Shown here: in pieces, positions 33,978 to 44,780 of the stretch | Numbering within the stretch: position 1 is the stretch's first letter | How the letters are laid out: every line of letters begins with the position of its first letter | Source: Marinobacter sp. | Lineage (GTDB): Bacteria; Pseudomonadota; Gammaproteobacteria; Pseudomonadales; Oleiphilaceae | Direction of reading: 5' to 3' | Length of the DNA: 64,000 nt | Assembly (NCBI RefSeq): GCF_040882185.1 | Contig: NZ_JBBEBW010000001.1 | Coordinates: 48,816-112,815 of the forward strand | Translations under genes and position numbers: made by a program | The notes under the pieces: generated by a model | The model's database searches: none | What the model was told of the DNA's origin: nothing | What the model saw: only the letters and a program-made list of their open reading frames with translations

Positions 33978-34615
33978 GCCAATCGATTCAGGAACAGACG
34001 CTGGCGCTTGCAGGCATATTCCAGGCTGCAGCGCTCGTACAACAGCTTGCCCATCAAGGCCAATGCTCGAACTCGACCTTCGAGGCCTGCGTTCGATCAT
34101 TATTTGCCACCAACCCGGACTCAACACTTGCCGTGTATGGCGAGTTGAAGGATTTACGCGAGGGTCTCAATGCTCTTGCCGGGGTATTGGGGGAACAGAG
34201 CAAACAGCAGGACATGGAAATTCTGCGTTATAGCCTTAACCTGATCCAGCTTGAGGCGAAGCTCAACAAGCGGAATGACATGCTGGATGTGATCTCAGGC
34301 CGTATTGGACAAGCTCGCCATACCGCTAATCACTTTGGCTACGGCCACCGCAATCTGACCAGCAACCTGGCATCAATTTACACCGACACCATCAGCACCT
34401 TCAAACTACGTATCCAGGTAACCGGCGACCCAAACCAGCTCCGGGTCGAAGAAAATGCTGCCAAAGTGCGGGCCCTGTTACTTGCCGGCATTCGCTCCGC
34501 AGTACTTTGGCGCCAGACTGGTGGACGGAGGTGGCATCTGATCTTCAATCGTAAAAAAGTGATTGCCACGGCCAGAGAACTGGCAGAAAAGGCAAACGAG
34601 TCCGTTTACCACTGA
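33974..34615 (+). CDS. hflD: High-frequency lysogenization protein
   Basis: [48 protein letters not shown]; mnmA-hflD-purB order. Confidence 0.93.
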   Translation: MSQSIQEQTLALAGIFQAAALVQQLAHQGQCSNSTFEACVRSLFATNPDSTLAVYGELKDLREGLNALAGVLGEQSKQQDMEILRYSLNLIQLEAKLNKRNDMLDVISGRIGQARHTANHFGYGHRNLTSNLASIYTDTISTFKLRIQVTGDPNQLRVEENAAKVRALLLAGIRSAVLWRQTGGRRWHLIFNRKKVIATARELAEKANESVYH

Positions 34616-34725
34616 TTACCGTCCGCCGGTGGTGTATTATATGGCACCTTTTTTACCACTGACTTTTAACCGACAGGTATTTGGGCGAGCACGTCATGCA
34701 TTTGCTTCGGCCCCAGCCGTCATGA

Positions 34726-36108
<1,383 letters not shown>

Positions 36109-36110
36109 CC

Positions 36111-37262
36111 ATGAATATTCCCGGCGGGCTATCGGCAGACATTTTCCTGCGGGATTACTGGCAGAAGAAGCCTCTTGTCATCCGAAAGGCTTTCCCCGGC
36201 TTCACCAGCCCGGTCTCCCCCGATGAGCTGGCTGGACTAGCCTGCGAGGAAAGCGTCGAATCCCGTATTGTCATTGAAACTGACAACGGCAAGCCCTGGC
36301 AGCTTGAAAATGGCCCTTTTCCTCCCGAGCGTTTTGAAGCGCTGCCCGAAAGCCACTGGACGTTGCTGGTGCAAGGCCTGGACCACTGGGTCCCCGAGGT
36401 GGCTGATATATTGGAAGCTTTCCGGTTTGTACCCAACTGGCGTCTGGATGATGTTATGGCCAGTTACGCACCGGTCGGTGGCAGCGTGGGGCCCCACTTT
36501 GACCAGTATGATGTGTTTCTTCTACAGGCAGAAGGCCATCGGCGCTGGGAATTTGGCGGTCATTGCGATCAGACTTCACCCCGGATCGAGGGAACGCCTT
36601 TAAGGATACTCAGCCGCTGGCAAGGGGAAGAAACCGTCACCCTCGCCCCTGGGGATATGCTGTATCTGCCGCCAGGTATCGGCCATCATGGCGTTGCCAC
36701 TGATGACTGTATTACGCTTTCCGTGGGCTTCCGGGCCCCGTCCGTGGATGATGTGTTAACCGGGTTCACCGATTTTCTTTGCGCTCATCCGGAAACCAAC
36801 AACCCTCTTGCCGATCCGGATCTGAAATGCCCGGACAATCCAGGTGCCATTTCTCCCGAGCTCATCCGTAAGCTCGGCGACGTTATCGCCAGGTACACCA
36901 ATGACCCTCTGCAACTGGCCTATTGGTTTGGCCAGTACGCGACCGTCCCGAAATCAGCCAACATACTCGTAGCGCCAGATTCACCCATGAGCCCCGACGC
37001 GTTGCTGTCGGAGATTGAAGACGGCGCAACTCTGCGATGGAATGAAGGCTCGCGTTTTGCCTACCATGAAGGCGATGCTGAAACGGCGCTGTTTGTCGAC
37101 GGCGAGCGCTACCTGTTGCGCGGCGAAGCCCTCGGGCTGGCGCCGGTATTATGCCGAGGCAACCGACCCGATACCGTTGCGATGGCGGGTTATCTCGAAG
37201 ACGAGGCTCTCCTGGGCCTGATAACGAATCTGTATAACCACGGAAACCTGATACTGGAATGA
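36111..37262 (+). CDS. roxA: JmjC/cupin ribosomal oxygenase (RoxA/YcfD-like)
   Basis: FLRDYWQKKPL, PNWRLDDVMASYA..GGSVGPHFDQYDVFLLQ, PGDMLYLPPG.GHHG. Confidence 0.88.
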   Translation: MNIPGGLSADIFLRDYWQKKPLVIRKAFPGFTSPVSPDELAGLACEESVESRIVIETDNGKPWQLENGPFPPERFEALPESHWTLLVQGLDHWVPEVADILEAFRFVPNWRLDDVMASYAPVGGSVGPHFDQYDVFLLQAEGHRRWEFGGHCDQTSPRIEGTPLRILSRWQGEETVTLAPGDMLYLPPGIGHHGVATDDCITLSVGFRAPSVDDVLTGFTDFLCAHPETNNPLADPDLKCPDNPGAISPELIRKLGDVIARYTNDPLQLAYWFGQYATVPKSANILVAPDSPMSPDALLSEIEDGATLRWNEGSRFAYHEGDAETALFVDGERYLLRGEALGLAPVLCRGNRPDTVAMAGYLEDEALLGLITNLYNHGNLILE

Positions 37263-38224
37263 CTCTGACGATCCACAAATACAGCTGGCAACTGGCTCCA
37301 GGCGCGGTCAAGGAAATCCGGAAATCCGTGTTTATTGACGAGCAGCACGTACCGGCGGAAATGGAATGGGATGATACCGATAGCATTGCAGATCATTTTC
37401 TCGCTCTGCTTCCGGATAATACACCTGTTGCAGTGGCCCGCATGTTTCCCTCTGGGACCGAGACCGCACACGTCGGTCGCATGGCAGTGCTGCCAGCTTA
37501 CCGTGGTATAGGTGTTGGTGAGCAATTGCTGCAACACATAATGCATGAGGCAGCATCAGACTTTGACGATATGTACCTCTCCGCCCAGCTCGCCGCTGTA
37601 TCCTTTTATCAGCGCGCCGGATTCCACGTCTGTTCGCTGCCCTATGATGACGCTGGTATCCAACATGTTGATATGCGCTGTTACGCCCCGGTTTTGGTGA
37701 CATCGCAAAGGGAGGATCGCGCCAACCCCCTGGTGATGGACCACGACGAAAAAACCTGGCTGTTCGATTCCGAAGCGGACCTCGTTGCTCTGTCCGACTC
37801 GATGGTCAATCAGGCCAGGCAGCGGCTCTGGCTTTATGATCAAACCCTTCGGCATGACCTTTACGACCGCCACCGGTTCCGGGAAATTCTGTCCACTCTG
37901 GCAAGGGGCCATCGGTTAAGCGACGTAAGGCTGCTGATTCACGATGACAAACCGCTGGTTAAACGCAGACATCAGATCGTCGAATTAATGCGCCGGCTGC
38001 CCAGCAAGATCCAGCTACGACTGGTTAACCCGGGTCACCCCTGCGAAAGCCAGCCATTCATGCTGGCGGACCGATCGGCTATGGTCTATCGCCACGGCTT
38101 TGACGCCGCAGAGGGTTTCGCCAATTTCTCGGCCCAGGGCCACGTAAAGCGTCTCGCTGACAATTTTCAACGTATGTGGGATGCAGGGCGCCCCTCGCTG
38201 GAGTTACGCCAGTTACCGCTCTGA
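37259..38224 (+). CDS. GNAT acetyltransferase (ElaA/YjcF-like) fused to an uncharacterised C-terminal domain
   Basis: IRKSVFIDEQ.VP..MEWD, GRMAVL..YRG.GVG, LSAQ..AV.FY..AGF, GIQHVDM, followed by about 170 extra residues. Confidence 0.85.
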   Translation: MTLTIHKYSWQLAPGAVKEIRKSVFIDEQHVPAEMEWDDTDSIADHFLALLPDNTPVAVARMFPSGTETAHVGRMAVLPAYRGIGVGEQLLQHIMHEAASDFDDMYLSAQLAAVSFYQRAGFHVCSLPYDDAGIQHVDMRCYAPVLVTSQREDRANPLVMDHDEKTWLFDSEADLVALSDSMVNQARQRLWLYDQTLRHDLYDRHRFREILSTLARGHRLSDVRLLIHDDKPLVKRRHQIVELMRRLPSKIQLRLVNPGHPCESQPFMLADRSAMVYRHGFDAAEGFANFSAQGHVKRLADNFQRMWDAGRPSLELRQLPL

Positions 38225-39223
38225 GTGTTGGGGCACTGAACCGTCAGGCGCCTCAAACTGTCGCCCAAATGGCGCAAATTCTGCGTCTACCTCCTCTGCT
38301 ACCCCACTGATGACGCGTCTCAGCCATTGATGATCTGAATTGTGTTGTAGCAACGGGCTCCAGGCCATCTTTAATTCAAAAGGAGGAATATCAAACGGCG
38401 GTACCTTGACTACGAGTCCGGTGTTGTCCTTTTGCAGCCAGGCTGCCCGGCTCGGCAGGGTCGCAATAAGATCGTGTTGCTCCGCGAGCAACATCGCCAC
38501 CTGATAATGCCGGGTGAACACTGAAATCTGCCGCTTCCGACCCATCAGGGAAAGGGCTTCATCAACCCAGCCTAGTCTCTGCACATCTTTCGGGTTAACC
38601 CCGACGCCCACACCAAACCCTGTTTTACTAACCCATATATGGCTGGCTTCCAAATAGGAATCAAGGGTAAAAGGCTGCCTCAGTATCGGATTACCGGCAT
38701 TCATCAGACAAGCAAAATACTCTGTCCAGAGCGTCTTTTGGTGGAAAGACTGCGGAATCTTGTCGAATCGGTTAATCGCCATGTCGAGACGCCCCTGCTC
38801 AACATCCAGAAAGCTAACGTCGCTGGGCGTTAACACATCGAGTGTGACATGCGGCGCCTCCTGGCGAATTCGGCGTAGAACTCGGGGCATCAGGCAGGAC
38901 TCCGCATAATCACTGGCCATAATGCGGAAAACCCGCTGGCTTTCCATGGCCGCAAAGGGCGTTTTCTCCTGCACTGCCTGTTCAATATCGGCCAGAATGC
39001 TTCTTACCAGTGGCTGCAATTCCGCTGCCCGCTCTGTCGGTGTCATACCCTCGCTGGTTCTCACCAGCAAGGGATCACCAAACAGGTCACGTAGGCGACG
39101 CAGGCCATTGCTCATTGCGGGCTGGGTAATACCGAGATGGTTCGCTGATTTGGTCACGTTCTTTTCACGTAACAGCACATCCAGATAAACCAGAAGATTC
39201 AGATCGACCCGAGAAATATCCAT
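38213..39223 (-). CDS. LysR-type regulator (NodD/NahR-like subfamily)
   Basis: DLNLLVYLDVLLRE.NVT.SA..LGITQPAMSNGLRRLR.LF.DPLLVR. Confidence 0.93.
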   Translation of the reverse strand: MDISRVDLNLLVYLDVLLREKNVTKSANHLGITQPAMSNGLRRLRDLFGDPLLVRTSEGMTPTERAAELQPLVRSILADIEQAVQEKTPFAAMESQRVFRIMASDYAESCLMPRVLRRIRQEAPHVTLDVLTPSDVSFLDVEQGRLDMAINRFDKIPQSFHQKTLWTEYFACLMNAGNPILRQPFTLDSYLEASHIWVSKTGFGVGVGVNPKDVQRLGWVDEALSLMGRKRQISVFTRHYQVAMLLAEQHDLIATLPSRAAWLQKDNTGLVVKVPPFDIPPFELKMAWSPLLQHNSDHQWLRRVISGVAEEVDAEFAPFGRQFEAPDGSVPQHSER

Positions 39224-39502
39224 TTTGCGCCCGCCTTGATATCCACACTACTTGAAAAAGTGACTACATTCCGAAAATAAATGCCTGTCAGACTAGCAAT
39301 AAAAATGACTGATACAAAGAGCCTGAAACAGTGCGATGCCAAAATAATGGGAGTCCCGAGCAGGTACTGGCCGTTTACATCTGATAACGGATTATATGAG
39401 GAATTTCTGCTAACCTTTCGGATACTTGCCTGCCTTCATGTGAACGCACTTTCACAAGGCGGCGAACAAGGCTAACCCATCGCAAAGGTAGTGTCAGACT
39501 GC

Positions 39503-40276
39503 ATGGATACAACAACAATTGTTATATTTTTCGCTGTTATTGTGCTCGCCTCCGTAGGCCTCATTGTCCTGAGCCAGATGCGGGAGCGAGCGAAGCTGGA
39601 GCGTGCTCGAAAAGTAACGGCCCTGGAAGACAGTTATAACCGCACTAATCGGCTGCTTAATGAAATTCCCGGCCAGTACCTGACAGCGGATCTCAAACTA
39701 CTGCTCCTGACCCGTCTGGAGGAGATATGCAGTGAGCTCGCAAGCTTCAAAACCCAGCTTCCGGCCGCCCAGTGGTTGAATGAAGCCCGACAGATGAAAC
39801 AGAAAGTTGTCGAAGGGGAAGACCAACGTGCTCCACTCAAAATCGACTCTGCAGAGAAATCCGCCTATGTTAAGGAATTATTGCAGAGCTTATTCAAACT
39901 TATTGAATCCCTTCATAAAAATCGCCGAATCGATAGTGCGGTAGCGAAAAAGAACCTGAAATACGTGTTGTTTCTCGTCCATAAAACTCACGCTGATCTC
40001 CATGTATTCCAGGCTCGTGAATTCATTCGCCAGAACCAGCTTCGCAAAGCAATACATGCCTATCACATGGCAAGTACCGAGCTAAGTAAATCGAGCGATA
40101 ACCCGTTGGCACTCAAGGCGGTAAAGAGTTTCCGGACCCGTATCAAGGAATTGGAAGCCCAAATGGCCGATGGTTCCACAGGTGACTCATCTGACAAGCA
40201 ACACCGTATGGATAAAGAGTGGGATAGCTTCCTACATGACGATGAATGGAAAAAGAAGGCGGATTACGACGAATAG
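39503..40276 (+). CDS. Hypothetical membrane-anchored helical protein
   Basis: One N-terminal TM (IVIFFAVIVLASVGLIVL), then an all-helical region ending WDSFLHDDEWKKKADYDE. Confidence 0.75.
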   Translation: MDTTTIVIFFAVIVLASVGLIVLSQMRERAKLERARKVTALEDSYNRTNRLLNEIPGQYLTADLKLLLLTRLEEICSELASFKTQLPAAQWLNEARQMKQKVVEGEDQRAPLKIDSAEKSAYVKELLQSLFKLIESLHKNRRIDSAVAKKNLKYVLFLVHKTHADLHVFQAREFIRQNQLRKAIHAYHMASTELSKSSDNPLALKAVKSFRTRIKELEAQMADGSTGDSSDKQHRMDKEWDSFLHDDEWKKKADYDE

Positions 40277-40336
40277 TAGCCGCATAATGACTCGCTCATC
40301 TTTATTTGAGCTCGATAAACAGGGACGTAACAGGTT

Positions 40337-42673
40337 TTGACAACCGCATTCAACAAGCGCCTTTCGTTTCGCCTCACGCGCAACACTGTGCTACTGGCTA
40401 TGCTGTTAGGCTTTGCGCTCAATATTGTCCAGGTCACGCTGGACTATGTTAACGCCCGGGAGAACATGAGTAACGAGATCCTGGCTCTGATGGAAATCAG
40501 TCACAGCCCGGCGTCCCAGATTGCCTACAACATCGACGCCCGCCTTGCAGAGGAGTTGCTCAACGGGCTGATTAAACATCCGGCCATTGTTGATGCCCGA
40601 ATTGTTGATTCTGAAGACAGAACTCTTGCGGCCGCCAGCCGCAGCAGCCCGGAATCGCGCTATCGCTGGCTCAGCGACCTGCTCTTTGAGCCCAGCCAAT
40701 TTTATTCCACGGATCTTCGTGTGCCCCAGTTGGCTGAGATACCGCTCGGCAACCTGGCCATCACCATCGATACTTATCACTATGGTACTGAGTTCCTGAG
40801 TCGGGCGGGCTACACCATTATCAGTGGCTTCGTTAAAAGTCTCGCGCTCTCCATCATGCTGTTAATCGTTTTTTACTTTTTACTCACCAAACCCATGCTG
40901 CGGGTTATCGAAACCCTGAGTGAGGTAGAGCCGAAGACTCCGGAAAAAGTCCGCCTGCCAGTACCCTACAAGCATGAAGAAGACGAAATAGGTCAGATGG
41001 TGGGCATCATTAACCGACATCTGGACACCATAGACTCTAGCCTCGACCAACTCCGTGCCGCCGAAAGCGAAATGAAGAACTACTCCGGCAAGCTTGAGAA
41101 AAAGGTCGACGACCGTACTCGCGAGATATCCGATAAAAACGAAGCCTTACAGCGGGGCAACCGAGCGTTGATTCGGGCCAAGGAAGACGCCGTGCGAAGA
41201 GCCCGTTCCCGGGCCAATTTCCTGGCCAGTATGAGCCATGAAATCCGCACCCCGCTTAATGGCGTACTCGGCATGTTGAGCCTGTCACTGGAGGGCAAAC
41301 TGGAGGCCAGCCAGCGAAACCGGCTCGAAATCGCGCAAAACGCAGGGCAAAGCCTGCTAGGGCTACTCAACGATATTCTCGATATTTCCAAAGTAGAGGC
41401 GGGCAAACTCAATCTTGAAACCATCCCTTTCGATTTGCGGGGTCTGGTGGAGGAGTGTGCGACCCTTCACGCACAACAATCTCTGCGAAAAGGCATCGAA
41501 CTCGTAGCTGATATTGAACCCAGCCTGCCTGACAGTTTTATCGGTGACCCGACCCGCACCCGGCAAATCATAAATAACCTGCTTGGCAACGCCATCAAAT
41601 TCACCGATGCAGGGGAAGTCAGGGTTGGAGTTACCCAGACCGGCGGCAATGTACGGCTCGACATTATTGATACCGGTATTGGCATGTCCGATGACGGACT
41701 TCGGCGCATTTTCGCACCCTTTTCTCAAGCGGGGTCTGACACAACACGCCGCTATGGAGGCACCGGACTGGGCCTGACATTGTGTCGGCAACTGGTTGAG
41801 CGGATGCATGGCCAGATCATGGTGGAGTCAGCGGAAAAACAGGGTACCCATTTCACCGTTTTGCTACCCCTGCCAGTCCGTTCGTCAGAAATATCAGTGT
41901 TTGAGTTCCCCGATAGGCTGAAGGCTCATGGCGTTTACCTGGCTATCCCCCACGATAACCCTCACCGATTACCGATAGAGCGACAATTACAAGCCTGGAA
42001 TCTGCCGCTACACAATATCGACGATGGCGCGGAGACCGAACTGGACCCGAATTATCAAGCAGTATTGATTATAGATCTGGCAGCGCCAGGCGCCTTCGAT
42101 ATCGCCGACCAATGGAGGGCGGGCCAGGTTATCGTACTTGAGCAACGTAGCCATCTGCCCGTTCGTCAAAGCTGGCAAGCTCTCCCGCTGCCGCTGGGGC
42201 GACTGGAGCTACACCGGAAGCTTTATCGCGCAGGCGGTGGCATCGAATCGATACCATTGATTGCGCCCCCCAAAGGTGACGAAGAGGCTGCCGGTCGGCA
42301 TCTTCATCTGTTACTGGTTGAGGACAACCGGGTTAACCAGATTGTTGCCAGCGGTATTCTTAAAAAACTTGGCCATACGGTGGATTTGGCCGAGAACGGT
42401 GAACGAGCAATCGCTGCATTGTCCAACGGGCATTACGATATGGTGCTGATGGACTGCCAGATGCCGATCATGGATGGATATGAAGCCACTCGGAACATCC
42501 GTCAGAATCCTGAATGGCAGCGCCTTCCCATCATCGCCGTAACGGCTAACGTTATGCAGGGTGACAAAGACGATTGCCTCGCGGCAGGAATGAACGATTA
42601 CATCACCAAGCCCTATGACAAACAGGGACTAAAGCTGATCATTGAGCGTTGGACGGAGTCTGAGAAGGAGTAG
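40337..42673 (+). CDS. Hybrid sensor histidine kinase, SagS-like (periplasmic sensor-HAMP-HisKA-HATPase-REC, no HPt)
   Basis: FLASMSHEIRTPLNG, NLLGNAIKFT, DTGIG, GGTGLGL, LLVEDN...MDCQMP. Architecture, size and position next to gpx match my recall of P. aeruginosa SagS. Confidence 0.85.
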   Translation: MTTAFNKRLSFRLTRNTVLLAMLLGFALNIVQVTLDYVNARENMSNEILALMEISHSPASQIAYNIDARLAEELLNGLIKHPAIVDARIVDSEDRTLAAASRSSPESRYRWLSDLLFEPSQFYSTDLRVPQLAEIPLGNLAITIDTYHYGTEFLSRAGYTIISGFVKSLALSIMLLIVFYFLLTKPMLRVIETLSEVEPKTPEKVRLPVPYKHEEDEIGQMVGIINRHLDTIDSSLDQLRAAESEMKNYSGKLEKKVDDRTREISDKNEALQRGNRALIRAKEDAVRRARSRANFLASMSHEIRTPLNGVLGMLSLSLEGKLEASQRNRLEIAQNAGQSLLGLLNDILDISKVEAGKLNLETIPFDLRGLVEECATLHAQQSLRKGIELVADIEPSLPDSFIGDPTRTRQIINNLLGNAIKFTDAGEVRVGVTQTGGNVRLDIIDTGIGMSDDGLRRIFAPFSQAGSDTTRRYGGTGLGLTLCRQLVERMHGQIMVESAEKQGTHFTVLLPLPVRSSEISVFEFPDRLKAHGVYLAIPHDNPHRLPIERQLQAWNLPLHNIDDGAETELDPNYQAVLIIDLAAPGAFDIADQWRAGQVIVLEQRSHLPVRQSWQALPLPLGRLELHRKLYRAGGGIESIPLIAPPKGDEEAAGRHLHLLLVEDNRVNQIVASGILKKLGHTVDLAENGERAIAALSNGHYDMVLMDCQMPIMDGYEATRNIRQNPEWQRLPIIAVTANVMQGDKDDCLAAGMNDYITKPYDKQGLKLIIERWTESEKE

Positions 42674-42737
42674 ACCGCTCGTCTTCTTGCCCCCGACAGA
42701 GCTGGTTATCGAGTGCCAGCACGTCGATGTCAGTCAT
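42639..42737 (-). pseudogene. Truncated OhrR/OspR (MarR-family) relic
   Basis: ATG 3 nt after the gpx stop gives MTDIDVLALDNQLC (the OhrR LDNQLCF peroxide-sensing motif), then unrelated RGQEDERSTPSQTPSNAQ* running antisense into the kinase 3' end. Confidence 0.75.
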
Positions 42738-42740
42738 GGC

Positions 42741-43223
42741 TCAAAGCAATTTTTCAATATCGCTGCGGATCGACTCAGGCTTGGCGGTTGGCGGGTAGCG
42801 TTTCACTACCTGCCCTTCCCGGTTAACCAGAAATTTGGTGAAATTCCATTTGATCTTTTCGGAGCCTAGCAGGCCCTTCGCTTCAGACTTCAGCATTTCA
42901 TAGAGCGGATGCGCGTTCGGTCCGTTCACTTCGATCTTGGCAAACATCGGAAAGTCGACGCCATAATTCAGACTGCAGAACTGGCTGATCGCGTCATTAT
43001 CATCAGGGTCCTGATTAAGGAACTGGTTGCATGGAAAGCCCAACACATTAAAACCTTTATCTTTCAACTCCGAGTAAAGTGACTGCAAACCTTCAAACTG
43101 GGGGGTGAAGCCACACTTGCTAGCGGTGTTGACAATCAGCAGCACCTGGCCCTGGTAGTCAGCCAAAGAATGTTGATCACCACCAATGTCCTGAACTTTA
43201 ATGTCATACAGGCTGCATGCCAT
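42741..43223 (-). CDS. Cys-type glutathione peroxidase-like peroxidase
   Basis: VNTASKCGFTPQ (Cys, not Sec), LGFPCNQF, IKWNFTKFL. Start 43223 behind GGAG. Confidence 0.95.
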   Translation of the reverse strand: MACSLYDIKVQDIGGDQHSLADYQGQVLLIVNTASKCGFTPQFEGLQSLYSELKDKGFNVLGFPCNQFLNQDPDDNDAISQFCSLNYGVDFPMFAKIEVNGPNAHPLYEMLKSEAKGLLGSEKIKWNFTKFLVNREGQVVKRYPPTAKPESIRSDIEKLL

Positions 43224-43246
43224 GCTGAGCTCCTTCAATTTCACAA

Positions 43247-43280
43247 AATTAAATTGTTCCCAATCTATTCACACAATTGT
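43247..43280. promoter_or_regulatory. Putative OhrR/OspR operator upstream of gpx
   Basis: AT-rich dyad ATTAAATTG-ttcc-CAATCTATT plus palindrome ACAATTGT, 24-57 nt upstream of the gpx start. Confidence 0.55.
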
Positions 43281-43436
43281 TTTGCACCTTACGCGAGCAG
43301 GTCATCAACCTGTAGCTGGTAAATCCATGGAATTCGTGCCATTTTTCATCACAATTCATCACGATTGACCTGTTACCGGCGCCTCATGCTCCGCTAGAAT
43401 ACCGGTTTAGCCCTCAGACTCAGGAAGTGTCCGTTT

Positions 43437-44651
43437 ATGCAGAACTACAAGAAGTCCGCCAAGCTCGATAACGTGTGTTACGAAATACGTGGCGTGGTTC
43501 TGCGCGAGGCACGTCGTCTGGAAGAAGAAGGCCACCGGGTTCTCAAACTCAATATTGGCAATCCGGCCGCATTTGACCTGGATGTACCTGAAGAAATCCA
43601 GCAGGACGTGATCTATAACATGCCCGCCGCCCAGGGGTATGTGGAATCCAAGGGTTTGTTCTCCGCCCGCAAGGCCGTGATGCATTATTGCCAGCAGCGG
43701 GGTATCGAGAAAGTGGATATTGATGACATCTATCTCGGGAACGGTGTCAGCGAAATGATCGTGATGTCCATGCAGGCGCTGCTGAACACCGGGGACGAAG
43801 TTCTTATACCGGCACCGGACTATCCCTTGTGGACTGCAGCAGTCACGCTCTCAAGCGGCAAACCGGTGCACTATCGTTGCGACGAGAAGCAGGACTGGTA
43901 CCCGGATATTGACGACATCAGGAGTAAACTGACCTCCCGTACCCGGGCCATTGTGTTGATCAACCCGAACAATCCGACCGGAGCCGTCTACTCTACGGAA
44001 TTGTTGGAACAGATTATCGAGCTCGCGCGCCAGCACAACCTGATTGTGTTGTCCGATGAAATCTACGACAAGATACTCTACGACGGTGTAGAACACGTTT
44101 CTACCGCTTCCCTCGCCGACGACGTATTGTTCTTCACCTACAACGGCTTGTCCAAGAATTACCGGGCTGCAGGTTACCGCTCGGGCTGGATGATTATCAG
44201 TGGCGCCAAACACAAAGCCCGAGACCTGATTGAAGGTATCGACATGCTCGCCTCCATGCGACTGTGTGCCAACGTCCCGGCGCAGCTCGCCATCCAGACA
44301 GCACTTGGCGGTTATCAGTCGATCAATGACCTCGTAGCCCCCGGCGGGCGCTTGTATGAGCAAAGGGAAACCGCCTGGTCCCTGCTTAATGATATCCCCG
44401 GTGTCAGTTGTGTGAAGCCCAAGGGCGCGCTCTACCTGTTCCCCCATCTCGATCCGAAGCGGTTTCCGATCCAGAATGACGAGCGTCTGGTACTTGATCT
44501 TCTGGTGCAGGAAAAGATATTGCTGGTTCAGGGGTCTGCCTTCAATATCGATGATAAACAGCATTTAAGGGTGGTTTTCCTCCCAAGAGAGGACGCGCTG
44601 GAAGATGCCATAAAGCGTCTGGCGCACTTTCTGTCAACCTATCAGCAGTAG
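43437..44651 (+). CDS. alaA: PLP-dependent aminotransferase, AlaA (glutamate-pyruvate) type
   Basis: KSAKLDNVCYEIRG, KLNIGNPA, INPNNPTGAVY, SDEIYDK, GLSKNYR.AGYRSGW. Confidence 0.92.
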   Translation: MQNYKKSAKLDNVCYEIRGVVLREARRLEEEGHRVLKLNIGNPAAFDLDVPEEIQQDVIYNMPAAQGYVESKGLFSARKAVMHYCQQRGIEKVDIDDIYLGNGVSEMIVMSMQALLNTGDEVLIPAPDYPLWTAAVTLSSGKPVHYRCDEKQDWYPDIDDIRSKLTSRTRAIVLINPNNPTGAVYSTELLEQIIELARQHNLIVLSDEIYDKILYDGVEHVSTASLADDVLFFTYNGLSKNYRAAGYRSGWMIISGAKHKARDLIEGIDMLASMRLCANVPAQLAIQTALGGYQSINDLVAPGGRLYEQRETAWSLLNDIPGVSCVKPKGALYLFPHLDPKRFPIQNDERLVLDLLVQEKILLVQGSAFNIDDKQHLRVVFLPREDALEDAIKRLAHFLSTYQQ

Positions 44652-44663
44652 GCCCAAACGCAA

Positions 44664-44726
44664 ATGGCAGATATTCATATCGAAGAGTTCTACAAGGATA
44701 CAGCTGTCGCGTTAGTGAAGTGTTGA
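44664..44726 (+). pseudogene. N-terminal relic (20 codons) of a conserved hypothetical gene between alaA and htpX
   Basis: ATG 12 nt after the alaA stop gives MADIHIEEFYKDTAVALVKC*, matching the recalled start of the conserved hypothetical (xDLHIDDFYKD...) found at this position in Pseudomonas/Marinobacter. Confidence 0.6.
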
Positions 44727-44780
44727 GCCTGATAGCGGTGTATGTGTCATCATTCCGATTGAATTTCGAGGTCTCAGTCC

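Noticed and set aside
39281-39475. 64-aa ORF and a GGCAAG...GAAA segment vaguely like a c-di-GMP-I riboswitch in the LysR gap
   Set aside because: The ORF has no SD or motif. The hairpin pairing is weak and the downstream riboswitch consensus is missing.
42741-43223. Possible selenocysteine peroxidase
   Set aside because: The active site is encoded as Cys (ASKCG), with no in-frame TGA.
43245-43436. Looked for an msrB relic between gpx and alaA (Pseudomonas order)
   Set aside because: No MsrB-like peptide in any frame; only short ORFs without SD.
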